DNA from: Octopus vulgaris
Lineage: Eukaryota
Direction: 5' to 3'
Assembly: GCA_951406725.2 (NCBI GenBank)
Contig: CATOCA020000001.1
Location: 3,844,001-3,908,000, forward strand
DNA length: 64,000 nt
Every line of letters starts with the position of its first letter. Within the stretch, counting starts at the first letter, position 1. Both the position numbers and the translations under genes were made by a program. The notes below the pieces were generated by a model. The model did no database searches. It saw nothing but the letters and a program-made list of their open reading frames with translations, and was not told the DNA's origin. This document shows, piece by piece, positions 1 through 12,525 of this stretch.

Positions 1-453
1 ATACATACATGCAAACACACACACATATACGCACAATATATATACATATAAACTCCTACATTAATACACAGTATTAAAAACATTAAGTAGTCAGCATATA
101 TATATAGATACCTACAGAAATATAAATATATATAACACGCATCCCAAATTTATTCCATGTATTATGATCAATCGATTTTTCATCCTCCTCTCAGCCTCCT
201 AAATCTCTCCAACACACATCACAAATTTCCTCAAATTTTTGCTTTTCAACCGTCTCTACTCTCATTTGACCCATCTCGGCTTCAAACAATAATTAACAAA
301 AGTCAAATACTAAGAAAAATACCGACCCGATTTTTTGTACTACTAACATTCTTAACCACTCCCTCGTACCTGAAAAGTGTCCTTAAAAAATACCCCACGT
401 AATTTGAGATGAAATTGCTGTTTCATTATTGTACCAGCTAGAGGGGGATACTC

Positions 454-662
454 CTTCAACATTCAGATGAATTACTTATTTATTCACATCGTTTAAAATT
501 AAACATACGTTATCTTCTAGCTTTGAGATTTTGATTATGTGATTGCTTACTTTTAGAATAACTTTGCATGGTGGTTGTGAAAAGGCTGATCTGTTCAGTT
601 TCCACAGAAAACAGGAAGAATATTTGGGCCCGACGTGACCAGTGCCAATATTAATGGGTTAA
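454..662 (-). mobile_element. Short non-autonomous DNA transposon (piggyBac-like MITE); copies at 17129-17338, 29853-30062, and opposite orientation at 38251-38413
   Basis: Ends ...aatgggttaa. The reverse complement aligns to the element at 38251 beginning TTAACCCTTTAGC (TTAA + CCC terminus typical of piggyBac). Confidence 0.6.
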
Positions 663-980
663 CTGAAAATTACTGAAGTAAAAATAAAAGCATAAAAAAA
701 CATTTTAGGTAATTTGGGGACCCAAATTTATGATTTCTTAAGGGTGGAGAACCTTTTTATCCCATCCTTAATGCTGTTGAGGAGACTGGACAATGGCCAA
801 TAGAAGGCCGATATAATATAATGAAAATCGTAACTTACCAATAAAGTGCTGTTAGTCTCTGTTCGTAAGAGGTAGTGAATGTTTATATATATCTATATAT
901 ATATATGTGCGCATATATATATATTGCGTCATTTGTTTATTTACCATACATTTCTTCAATGAAGTAGCACACAATTATGC

Positions 981-1038
<58 letters not shown>

Positions 1039-1198
1039 ATAGATTGGCGTCTTTATTTCTCATTATATGAATCCGATATGAAAAGTTTGCGTCAGCAGTC
1101 AAAGATGGGCGTTGATAGTGGAAGAGTGTAAATGAGAGAGGGGAAAGAAAGTGATAGAAAGAGAGAGAGAGAGGGGGGGAGAAAGAAGAAAAAGACGG

Positions 1199-1245
<47 letters not shown>

Positions 1246-1512
1246 TGTGATGCTATTAGCTACATAACCATGTACTAAGGATTTGGTGAGATTGATACAT
1301 TTTAATTCCCTTCACTTACTCAGTATACCCTCCTTCTTCCCCGACATTAGCATTCCAGCAGAAATGGAGAAATGAAAATTATGTCACTGTCTGGTGTTGC
1401 ATGTGTGTATGTATGTGTGTGTGTGTATATGCGTAACTGCATGAGACTGTTTACATCCGCGTAACTGAAATTAACTTGAAATAATCTAAGTACTATTTTA
1501 CAAATTGTGATA

Positions 1513-1552
<40 letters not shown>

Positions 1553-1829
1553 TATATATATATATATATATAAACACGCACACACAGTTATCAGAATTAT
1601 ATAAACGTATATATTCATGTATTTGTATATATATATATATATATATATATAAGTAGGTGAATGAATTATTCTAGCATGGAAAATTCGTTTAACCGATACC
1701 TGGGTAGCAAATTCACGTCGGAAAACACAGTTGAAGTGAGATGTCAAGGGTAGAAACTCCGGGTTCTTGTGTGCAAATTTGTGTTATTTATATGAATAAA
1801 TGAAAGAATGGAGTCGAACGAGGTTTTTA

Positions 1830-1911
1830 CTCTCGACTATGTTTCGAAGACGGCATAATTTTAATTCCGAAGGAATAAATGGTGCATTATGCCATCTTCT
1901 CATCAGGAAAG
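1830..1911 (-). ncRNA. Type I hammerhead ribozyme motif (Penelope-like-element type); second copy 18536-18618
   Basis: Minus strand: ctttc-CTGATGA-gaagatggcataat...attatgccgtcttc-GAAAC-ata-GTC-gagag. Intact core, 14-bp stem II, 5-bp stem I, minimal stem III. Confidence 0.75.
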
Positions 1912-2277
1912 ATTAAGAGCCTCTTTCAGCCACAAGACGAACAAAATTTTTGATGATTGCCTACATGGTGACCACAGTGACAATGAGTGTTTTTTTTAAA
2001 TAATCCGTTATAAGCAATGACTTAAAAAATGGGTAGAAGGAGGGAGTAGTAAAAATAGGTAGGGGACAATATGTATGCTGTATGTTTGATGATGTGCGGG
2101 TGTGTGCTTGTGTTAATGATTGCGAGTGATTGTGTATGTGTATGAGTGTGTATATAACTGCATTTGTGTCTGTGTGTGTATGTGTTATTGTGTGTGTGAG
2201 GTAGACAAACGTCAAATACACTTAGTAGTAAGGTGTGAAATTTGTGTCTGTGTGTTTGATCGTGCGTGTTATAGAGA

Positions 2278-2320
<43 letters not shown>

Positions 2321-2960
2321 CGTCAAAGAAATTTAGTAGCTATGGAACATAAAATCGTTTAAAGGCGACATTAATCGGAAATGATTAAAATATTGTTATA
2401 CGATCAGACGATAGATTTTTCATCTGTTAGAATCATCTCACTTTTGCTCGATAACTATTGATCATCGATCTCTTCCCAAATACAATGTCAAAAGCCAACA
2501 TTAAAATGAAGTACATTTCTAAATTCTTTGTTAGACCCTCCAGTGTTCACATTGTCATCCACCATTCTCTTCCTGAAGAATCTCTGAAGCTTAAGCTGGA
2601 TGTGCTAGAAATAGCAGCCAAATATTTCTTCTGAGCAGACGATAGATTCATTTAACGTTAGTGTCACTTCAGAAAATCAAGTTATCAATTACGATAATAA
2701 TTTAAATGGTATATATAATGATTGACATGGAAGCAAACGATACAAATTCATTTAACAATAGTTCGTTTCAGAAAATTACGTTTGTGAAATAAAGTATATG
2801 ATAAAGAAATTATAACAATTCTGAAGAGGAATTATAGGTTTTAGCAGCTTTAAAGTTATGGGAAAAGAATTTTCGTTATCAAAGTAACAATATTTTATAC
2901 GAAAGAAGGATGACAGGCGAGGATTTTGTGGTGTGAAGGGTCTTCAAGTGTATACGTCCT

Positions 2961-3030
<70 letters not shown>

Positions 3031-3105
3031 TGCCTGTGTGTGTGTGATGCACTGAGATATATAACGATTATAATAATGGACACAATTATATTCCAAACTT
3101 CTATA

Positions 3106-3510
3106 GGCGCGGGAGTGGCTGTGTGGTAAGTAGCTTGCTTACCAACCACATTGTTCCGGGTTCAATCCCACTGCGTGGCACTTTGGGCGAGCGTCTTCTA
3201 CTATAGCCTCGGGCCGACTAAAGACATGTGAGTGGATTTAGTAGACGGAAACTGAAAGAAGCCCGTTGTATATATGCATATATATATATTTCTATGTGTG
3301 TGTTTGTGTGTCAGTGTTAGTCCCGCCTTCCCCCCAACATCGCTTGACAACCGATGCTGGTGTGTTTATGTCCCTGTAAGTTAGCGGTTCGGCAAAAGAG
3401 ACCGATAGAAGAAGTACTAGGCTTACATGAATAAGTCCTTTGGTCGATTTACTCGACAAAAGGCGGTGCTCCATCACGGCCACATTCAAATCACTGAAAC
3501 AAGTAAAAGA
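3106..3510 (+). mobile_element. tRNA-derived CORE-type SINE (octopus OR-like family); duplicate at 19769-20167
   Basis: Pol III boxes (tggctgtgtggt; gggttcaatccc), a CORE-like segment (family form ccttgggcaagt), internal (TA)/(TG) repeat and tail ...ctgaaacaagtaaaaga. Many copies in the window. Confidence 0.9.
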
Positions 3511-3904
3511 GTAAAAAAGAGAGAGAGAGAGAGCTCATCTGTACCCAAACATTCAATAGTTTGATGTCCTATTTTCATAGGAGTGAGGGGAAGATGGAGA
3601 GGAAAACATGCATGGGCCACTAAACTGTTTAACGTATTTGTATCTGAGAAAGTCTCCAGTATTCTTGATGCCTTCTGCAAAAAGTGAAAGATAAAAAAGG
3701 AAATTGAAAAAAAACTAATTGTCTTCCAGTATCTGTGTGTGTGTCTGTGTGCGTGTGTGTGTGTGTCTGTGTGTGTTTGTGTGTGATGCAATGAGATACA
3801 TAACCATATCTATGAGTTTCTTTAATATAAAACTGAAGTGAATATTTATGATAATATGAAATGAAGAAGGTTTAGTCTTCATTGTGAAGAAGGTTTAGTC
3901 TTCA

Positions 3905-4968
3905 ATGTTTTCAGTCTCGTCCACCACTCTACTTCTTTAGCCACCGGGCAGAAGAAACTGCTTTTCCTTCCCGGCCTAAAGAAGGTGGCGGGGCGATCTT
4001 TACAATGAACTCGGCTCGTAAACTGGACGGATGAGTGCATGCAGGACTACTTCATCGCCCTGCGCACAACCCAAACATATCCGTCCGACAACACTTTCGT
4101 ATCTGTAGAGCTTGTCTTGAATCGGCAGATCTCCCCGGTAGCACCACCAGGCCAGGGATTCCTGGAAGTTAAAGACCAGTTAGTTGATTCCCTCAACCTA
4201 CGCCCAGAATTTACCTCGATTTCTTCGTTGTTCTTTCCCCTCTCCTAATTCCCTATAGAAATCTATAGTGGAACTATCAACGCCCGCGTTGCCCGACTGG
4301 CTGAAAGCTGTGAAAGCTTGCCGAGACTCCAGGTGCCAAGCGCCCTTTCTTGGCCAACGCTTGACTCAGTACTGTAGCTTCTTCAGTGAGACGAGCGGCG
4401 GAAAGACCCGCTTCACAAACAGTCAATCCCCCATGCTCACCGTTAAAGAAACGCAGGAGATGTCGCAGTCTCAGCGTATGTCTGCGAATCATTAGCAACG
4501 ACATATCCAGTACTCCACTGAGAGGTAGCTTACAGCAGATGGACCGTCTGTTGAGCGGAACACGTCCCTTCTTTAGAAAGCGGAATAACAAACGCTCTAA
4601 CTTTATCGGGCATGGGACTACATTCAGGCAGTCATAGATGACGGAAGGGATGTACGCATTCGCCACTTCGACTCGACCCTTCACGAACAGCTTCCTCTCT
4701 GCCAACTTCTGGGTGAGATCGACTATCCTGTTCGTCACCTTCCACACGTTGTTGTCCACCCCGAGGTCAAGAGCAAACCAGAACCCAAGCAGTTTAACCT
4801 GTCTTTCCGTCTAGCGCCCTACAAACTGTCGGTTGGTATGGGTCTGCCTCTCCAACTGCCAATTTGCAGGCCCACCGACTTCTCTTGGATAAGCTTTGCT
4901 CCTATCAACGCTTCGTGGACAGTATTATGATGACACAGTCCGTGTTAGCTGATACGAACATTCCACAT
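3905..4968 (-). pseudogene. Decayed L1/Tx1-clade ORF2 fragment (end of RT and C-terminal region); partial copies 11634-11980 and 24348-24695
   Basis: ORF 4277-4759 (KGRVEVANAYIPSVIY...LERLLFRFL...RRHTLRLRHL) is homologous to the better-preserved Tx1 ORF at 21954-23033. Frameshifts and stops are present. Confidence 0.85.
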
Positions 4969-5023
4969 CCTAAAACACATATATATAAATATATACATAT
5001 ATATGTATATGTATATGTATATG

Positions 5024-5082
<59 letters not shown>

Positions 5083-5409
5083 GGCATCTGTATTTCTAAT
5101 TATACTATTTCGATTTGAAAAGTTTCAGTCAGCAGTTTATGATGATTGGCGGTGGGAGTGGAAGAGTTAAAATGAGAGAGTGGGGAGAGGGAGTGATAGA
5201 AGAGAGAGAGGCGAAAGAAGAGTAGGAGAGTTGATGCGTACGATTGTGAGTGTGTGTGTGTGTGTCTGTGTGTGTGATGCAATTAGATACACAGCCCTGC
5301 CTATGCTTTTCTTTAATATAAAACTGAAGGGAATATCACATTAACTTTTGCATTAATTGACATAATTTTATTGTAAAGAAGTGAGTGAAAAGTTTAGCCC
5401 GAAAAAAAT

Positions 5410-5439
5410 TCCAATAATAATCATAATAATAATAATGAT

Positions 5440-5503
<64 letters not shown>

Positions 5504-5529
5504 ATAATATAATAATAAAAAATAATATA

Positions 5530-5591
<62 letters not shown>

Positions 5592-5604
5592 TAATTATTG
5601 TTAC

Positions 5605-5640
<36 letters not shown>

Positions 5641-5708
5641 CATTATTATTATTATTATTATTTACTAGTGTTGTTACTATTATTATCATTATTATTATTA
5701 TTATTATT
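5410..5708. repeat. Compound (AAT)n/(ATT)n microsatellite
   Basis: Directly visible; source of the poly-I/N/Y ORFs. Confidence 0.95.
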
Positions 5709-5750
5709 TGCCAATAGCGCCGCCATATGGGAGAAGATACAGTAGAAAAT

Positions 5751-5980
5751 GCGGTGTGAGCTGGCAGAATCTTCAGTACGTAGGGCGAAATGCTTAGCGG
5801 TATTTCTTCTGCCGTTACGTTCTGAGTTCAAATTCATCCGAGGTCGACATTTCCTTTCATCCTTTCGGAGTCGATTAAAGAAGTACCAGCTACGCACTGT
5901 GGTCGATATAATCGAATTAATCCGTTTGTCTGTCCTTGTTTGTCCTCTCTGTGTTTAGCCCCTTGTGGGTAGTAAAGAAA
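5751..5980 (+). mobile_element. Second tRNA-derived SINE family (central gcctttcatcctttcggggtcgat...aagtaccag domain, Meta/MESC-like); copies 13192-13422 and 25831-26062
   Basis: Box A gagctggcagaa, box B gagttcaaatt, tail ...cccttgtgggtagtaaagaaa. Many copies in the window. The domain name is from memory. Confidence 0.85.
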
Positions 5981-5984
5981 CAGG

Positions 5985-7055
5985 ACACAGTAGACATGGA
6001 CAGTGGGGATTTAACACAGAGACAACGAGTACACAGTTAAAAGAATAACAATGATATCCGACAAAAGAATATAACAATGAAAGTTCGTAATAGGTGCAGG
6101 TAATCCCCTGGAGTTGGATCAGGTACCCACACCCCAATCCTGAACCACTCGACGCTTCGAGGGCATCTGGTAAGAGCACTCTCCTCCCTCTCAAATTCAC
6201 TAGCCCAAAGGCGTGTTATTAGAGTAGGTCCACTCACACGTACCATTTTCTCTGTTCATCCACCTTTTGGCAAATGTTCTGGGAGGCAGCACTTCACTCT
6301 GCACCCTCATTTTCCTTTCCAAAGGAAATTTGAAAAAGGTGACGAGTGATTGGCCGTAGAGAAAAGTCTCTGCCTTTAGTCCGTTTAACCTGGTCCACAA
6401 TACAGCCTCTTTCGCTACTGCTATTAGACTGATGGAAAGCGGCTGATCGATCTTCACTACGGACTCGGCTGATAGATAGAACCACCCTACACGTGATAAC
6501 AGCTGTTCAACATATCTCCACATGTCAGTAATGCAAGGACACTGGACGAGTGCGTGCAGAACGCTTTCATCGCTCTGCGCATATCTCGGGTAGGTCGGTC
6601 AGACAGCAATTCCGTGCTTGTAGAGTTTATCTTGATCCGGCAGTGCCCCCCGATAGCACTGCAAAGCAAGGGACTTCTAGAAGTTATCCATCGTCCCCGT
6701 CTTGAAAGTCCTCCTCAAAAGACTGGTTAGTTCAATTTTGTCAACACCTAGCGTCTCTCCAAGTGCTTCATCGCACTTTCCTTCCACTAACCCTCCATAG
6801 AACTTCAGAGTGGATTTTCCACTGATAGCATTGCCCACCTGGTAGAGGACAGTGAGTGCCTAGCAACATTCCAGATGCCAGTAACCCTTCCTCGGTCTCT
6901 TCTTGACCCACGACTGCAGCTTACTCAAGGAGATGAGATGTGGAAAAGCCTGTTTGACAAACGATGACCACACCTGTTCACCATTTACGCAGAATGTTTG
7001 GAGATGTCGCAGCCCCAGTGCATGTCTTCCACAGCATGCCCAGTGTTCCAGAAAT
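5985..7055 (-). pseudogene. Decayed L1/Tx1 3' portion (second subfamily); copies 13425-14495 and 26063-27160
   Basis: Peptides RHALGLRHLQ...EQVWSSFV, WRYVEQLLSRVG...LSAESVV and ESVLHALVQC are homologous to Tx1 ORF2 C-terminus. Confidence 0.85.
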
Positions 7056-7896
7056 CTGAAAGCGAAAGCACAAAAACGAAAATGGGAAAAGGTAAAAAGT
7101 AAAAACAGCATTTAAGAGTTCTCCTCGTTAGACCTTGAATTATAAGGCTAAAAAGATATCGAAAATTTAATCAAGAATAGACGGAATTTTTCAGTTCTTC
7201 AAAATATATTTATACTTGACCACGACTGAAAATGCCCGACCTAGAGTCAAATAGAGAATTAAGCATCTTAGATCTGAACAGGATATGCACTCTTTCAGCT
7301 AAACAAAGCTTATATTTATTCGAGCCATTAACATAAGTTATGGATTCTCAATTACTTCCCATCCAGTCACATATGGTGTTTCGTTTTCTTCCAAACTTAG
7401 CCAGTTTCGTAGCTTTACTTTTGGCCTATGTAGGAAGGGGATTATGTGATTGGCATAACGACTTTAAAATTCACCTTAAATAAGCAAAAGAATAAGAGAA
7501 TAAAAGATTATATGTGTGTGTGTGTACATGCATACAAAAATACACCCACATACGCACGGATATGTACATAAGCGCGCACACACACACTCATAGGCGTATG
7601 GATTATTGTTTCGGTAAGTTGTGTCCACGAGAAAGACACTTCCAGTGCTCTCATCTGAAAAGCACCAGCATTAACCAGGGGTTAACATTGCGACAGACTG
7701 GTATCCGGTGTGTTGTATCCTTGTGTGTTGAAATACGTTCGATACCGAGATATACTGGGGGCCTAATGAGCCTGTAGATCAGGCAGAGAATTTAGCTTAG
7801 AAAATGCTTTAATGTAGACATTCAGGCATGCGCAGTCAAGTGTTTGTGTAACGTTTATGGAGTGAAAGTCGATATGAATATGACAAAAACAGAAAC

Positions 7897-8390
7897 ACCG
7901 TATTTTCCGGTGTATAAGCCGCTATTTTTTACCTGGGAAATTTAGTGTGCCGCTTAGAGGAAGGTGCGCCTAATGTGTGTAACTTTTTATAGTTCCAGGA
8001 GGAAAATTATTTGTGTATGGAGATCGAATGATTCCACTGATTTTTTTGGAGGAAAGGTCGGTCGATGAAAGACTATTGCTACAGGACATTTGTGCCTGGA
8101 AGAAAACAAAGCACATTTGTTTTGTTTTAACTTCATGTTTTGATAATGTTTTTTTTTATCCAATAAAGAATTTAATATTGACGGAAGGTGTTTGTTGCTG
8201 ATTATAGTAAGATAAAATAAAAAAAATCAACAATACATCTCAAAGTTGAAGAATAAAACATTTTGAAAATACATACACATCAACAACAACAAAGCTAGCA
8301 GCGATCACGTGGTTCCATAAGTCTTTATAAAACACCGGTAGGCTTTATGTGTGGATAAAACAAAATTTTTCCGAAAATCCCAGGCTAGCG
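7897..8390 (+). mobile_element. Tc1/mariner-pogo-like non-autonomous DNA transposon remnant; copies ~15316 and ~28005
   Basis: Starts (ta)ccgtattttccggtgtataagccgc, a terminus typical of this MITE class. The right end is not resolved. Confidence 0.45.
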
Positions 8391-8641
8391 TTGACAATAC
8401 AATAATTCAAACCTTAATAAACCACCTCAATTGTATAATACTAAACTTAAGCCAACATTCTACAACCCTATCTATGAGACCACAAATATTAGTTCCATTA
8501 CAAACTCCCAATCCGATACTAATATAAATCCTAATTTAGATTCTCCCCACTAACAACAAACCAACCAACATCAACGTTACTAATAGTAAACCCCAACCAC
8601 TTACTACTGTCCTGCTCTGAAATATACGGTATGCAGGCTCC

Positions 8642-8965
8642 TGTCGCCTCAAAAGTGTAATCTATAAGTGCCACGTGATTACCCCATGCACCCACCAGGC
8701 AAGGGTGTATATTTGGGGCACTGAGGATTTTGAATGCCGTTGTCGTGCTCATATGTATTCTTTCACTAATCCCAAATCTAAACTATTTCAATCTTTAGCG
8801 ACACACATTTACAACCTCAATTCAAAACAATGTCCAACACGCTCTATCGTGGTCCATAGTATGTGAAGCTCCCCTCTACAACACAAATATAGGTAAATAT
8901 ATGTTATGTATAAAAGGGTCATTAACTATTCTTCGCCTCCACAACTCCTCGCTGTTAAATTCTCT
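8642..8965 (+). pseudogene. Penelope-like element GIY-YIG endonuclease relic; copies 16069-16390 and 28757-29078
   Basis: Translates across one frameshift to CRLKSVIYKCHV...VYIWGTEDF.CR..AH..SF...SLATHIYNL / LSWSIVCEAP.Y...MLCIK...IL...LLN. This matches the PLE GIY-YIG motif order (VIY...YIG...R...H...WSI...LC...LLN). Confidence 0.75.
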
Positions 8966-9289
8966 GACGTTATTTTTTATCGTAAGCCTAAATACCGCCC
9001 GACATTCATGCACTTCACTAATTCTAAATAATCCTATAGCAATCCCCGAAGCCCATCAAATCTCTAATGTAAAACAAGAGTCAACCTGACAATCGACAAG
9101 AGAACACATTCCAAATAGCTTATATGTGTGTGTGTGTGTTAGTGTGCCTATGTACGCATATATCTATATATGTATATATATAGAAATTAAGGGTGAGTAC
9201 TTGATAATTGTAAGCACCTGTATATACTGTTTGGTGGTGTAGGTAGTGGAGTAAATTAATCAAAATAAAAACATGATGCCAAGGATTCA

Positions 9290-9367
9290 GCGGTACATAA
9301 GTTTCGGGCCTTTATTAGACGGATTTATAACAATGCATAATGTGTGTCTGTGGCCTTCTTCAGCCGC
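9290..9367 (-). ncRNA. Type I hammerhead ribozyme motif in a Penelope-like remnant
   Basis: Minus strand: gcgg-CTGAAGA-aggcc...ggccc-GAAAC-ttat-GTA-ccgc. Stem I gcgg/ccgc; GUA cleavage triplet. Confidence 0.7.
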
Positions 9368-9650
9368 GCACAATTACTACCTCAAGGACATGTATTACAT
9401 CAAAGATTCTACGTTGGGGATGCAAATCCTCTCATTCGCGTACGACATAATGCGGCAACAGCATAAAAATGAAGCGTCCATCTCGTCCTTCAATCAATGT
9501 AGAATGAGGAAGTTTGGATGTTGAGGTAATATAAATAAATGAATAAATAAATATATACATATATAAATACAGACAAACGTGAAGGAACCTGGTAATAAGA
9601 GTAAATAGAGATAAGGATGGAGGGGCGAGAATTCAGGACGAAGGATAAAT

Positions 9651-10446
9651 AAGCCCACAGGTCGGAAATTGGTGGACACTGCACGATTGCGTGCAGAGCG
9701 GTTTCGTCGCTCTGCCCGCATCTCGGGCAGGTCGGCCCCGTGTTTCTCGAGCCATGCCTATAGAGCTTATCCCGAACGGGTAGCGCTTCTCTGTAGCACC
9801 GCCAGGCCAGGGATCTCTAGAAGTTGCCCATAGGTCCCGGGCCGAAAGTCGTTTGAAACAGGCGGGTCACGTATTCCTCGTCGACGCCCAGGTTTGCCAC
9901 GAGATCGTCGTCGTACCTCCCCTCCACTAATCCCCTATAGAATTCTTTGGTTGTGTTGAAGTCACTCAAGGTCGACCTGGGACGGCAGAGTTGCTTGAGA
10001 GCAACGCGACACTCGCGGTGCCATTCGCCCTTCCTCGGCCTCTTTTTGATCCACGACTGTTGTTCGGTCATGGAGACGAGTTGCGGGAATGCGTGCCTCA
10101 CAAACGGTGACCACACCTGTTCACCGTCGTCTACATAGAGCCGGAGATGTCGCAGTCTCAGCGCGTGTCTGCGCATCATCAACCACGGCATGCCCAGCCC
10201 TTCTTTTAACGGGTGTTGACAGCAAATGGATCGCCTGACCATCGGGACGCATCATTTCCACAAGAAGCGGAAGAGGATGCGTTCTAGTTTGGTGATGGTA
10301 GGGTCGGGACAAGGTATGACGGTCAGGCGGTAGTAGATGATGGACGCGACGTAGGGGTTCGCCACCTCCGCCCGACCTTTTAGGGACACTTTCCTCTCGG
10401 CCCATTGCTGGGCGAGAGTGACCACCCTACTCGTTATCTCGTTCCA
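9651..10446 (-). pseudogene. L1/Tx1 ORF2 fragment, copy 1 (3' end lost at a duplication junction)
   Basis: ORFs 9817-10242 and 10252-10638 are near-identical to 21954-23033. Confidence 0.9.
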
Positions 10447-10480
10447 GATAGATAGATAGATATGTAGATATATAGGTAGG

Positions 10481-10552
<72 letters not shown>

Positions 10553-12389
10553 GATATAGATAGAAGATCGATTGATTGATCGATAGATAGATCATTTTCT
10601 ATTGTTGCATCCTTTAAAATTTCAGGAACACAAACCATAGAGCTTCAATTCCCGTTCGCTGTCTTCGATGAGATCCGACAATTCTAATTTATGGCGTAGA
10701 ATTTAAACCATAGCTGTAAACAATTCCTTACGTTTTTCATCCATTGGGCTGCGCCTATGCTGGGGCACTGCCTTAAAGTGTTTTAGTCGCACAAATCGAC
10801 CCCAGTATTTGTTGTTAAGCCTGCTGCGTATCCTCGCGATCCCTTCCGCTGATTTGCCTACAGTTACGCAACTTTATACTTTTGATTTTTTTTTTATTAC
10901 TTACCAGAAAAAAGAAAAACATGAAGGCAATTATCGTCAGCGGCAGGCAATTCTGCATCAGACGTAAATGCTTTGAAAATGACGTGGTAAAAATGTGAAA
11001 AGTTTCAAGTCGTTGTAAGGAATTTAACAAGATACCGATCGGCCAAATTACTGGGACGTAAAAAACCGGAACCTGTTCCCAAGCGGTCATAGTGGATAAA
11101 CTGAAACACATACACATATACATACACACGCTCACATATACATAGATATATACATATATGTAAAACATATATATATATATATATATATACATAAGTGTGT
11201 GTGTGTATATATAACAAAGTATGTTTGGGGCTACTAATAAATATATATAATTGAAATATAGGATAGAATTTTTACGAGGATTTATCAAGTAGTTATCGTG
11301 AAAAACCTCAGAAAGGATAACTTATTAATTATTCCCTATGAATATATTTATATATATTAAGGGCATTACTTATACATAAATTTCTCACGCTAGGAGGGTC
11401 TCTTGAAGTCAAAACTACTATAATGCCCACATTGTACAAAACGCGAGGGAATGCAACTCTCAAAGCGAGCCTCCAGAAACAGACGTAGCTGAACATCATA
11501 TGATTCCGTAATTAGTGCACAAAATGCACTTTTCACTCATCAGCGCAGCCTTTGTCAAGACATAAAAATTAACAAAAATCAACGTACCAGACGAACACTT
11601 GTATCCTGGCGTTTGATACAATGTGGTTATTATATTCAGGCAGTCATAGATGACGGAAGCGATGTACGCATTCGCCACCTCGACTCGACCCTTCACGAAC
11701 AGCTTCCTGTCTGCCAATTTCTGGGTGAGATCGACTATCCTGTTCGTCACCTCCCACCCGTTGTTGTCCCACCTCGGGGTCTACAGCAGACCAGACCCCA
11801 AACAGTTTAACCTGTCTTTCACTTTAGCGCCCTACAAACTGTCGGTTGGTATGGGTCTGCCTCTCCATCTGCCGATTTGCAGGCCCACTGACTTCTCCTG
11901 GAAAAGCTTTGCTCCTATCAACACTTCGTGGACAGTATTATGATGACGTGGTCCGTGTTAGCGGATACGAACATTCCACATCCTAAGACATATATATATA
12001 TATATATATATGTGTTATCTGTATTTCTAATTATATAATTTCGATTTGAAAATTTCAGTCAGCAGTTTATGATGATTGGCGGTGGAAGTGGAAGAGTTAA
12101 AATGAGAGAGGGGTAGAGGGAGTGATAGAAGAGAGAGAGGGGAAAGAAGAGGAGGAGAGTTGATGTGTACGATTGTTCGTGTGTGTGTGTGTGTGTGTGT
12201 CTCTGTGTGTGATGTAATATATACATAACCCTGCCTAAGCTTTTCTTTAATATGAAACTGGAGGGAATATCACATTAACGATTGCATTAAATGATATAAT
12301 TTTACTGTGAAGAAGTGAGTGAAATGTTTAGCCGGAAGAAATTTCCAATAACAATAATAATTATAATAATAATAATAAAAATAATAATA

Positions 12390-12524
<135 letters not shown>

Positions 12525-12525
12525 T

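Larger units (their letters stand above)
1..3860. repeat. Segmental duplication block A, copy 1 (copy 2 at ~16747-20520; partial copy 3 at ~29402-30400)
   Basis: Near-identical collinear sequence starting atacatacatgcaaacacac at 1, 16747 and 29402. Copies 1 and 2 diverge after ...aaactgaagtgaatat. Confidence 0.95.
4622..9135. repeat. Segmental duplication block D, copy 1 (copies at ~11634-16540 and ~24348-29225)
   Basis: Collinear high-identity match starting attcaggcagtcatag. The ORF track shows triplicated peptides (e.g. MNLRGRRVL, MYGDRMIPL, MITPCTHQ). Confidence 0.95.

Noticed and set aside
3106-3180. tRNA gene-like sequence with A and B boxes
   Set aside because: It is the head of a multi-copy SINE; no complete cloverleaf.
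5336-5689. Poly-Asn/Ile/Tyr, YI-, TH-, CV- and LSIY-repeat ORFs throughout the window
   Set aside because: They are translations of (AAT)n, (TA)n, (CA)n and (GATA)n microsatellites.
7514-7777. Conserved small ORF (MDYCFGKLCPRERHF...) in three copies
   Set aside because: No recognisable domain, the upstream part lies in a microsatellite, and conservation extends past the stop, which fits an RNA or regulatory element better. Not strictly excluded.
7761-7795. Hammerhead-like CTAATGA-gcctg/caggc; similar partial motifs at ~370, ~11490-11545, ~34270 and ~36705
   Set aside because: Core boxes are broken or stem I/III is absent, so they cannot be called ribozymes.
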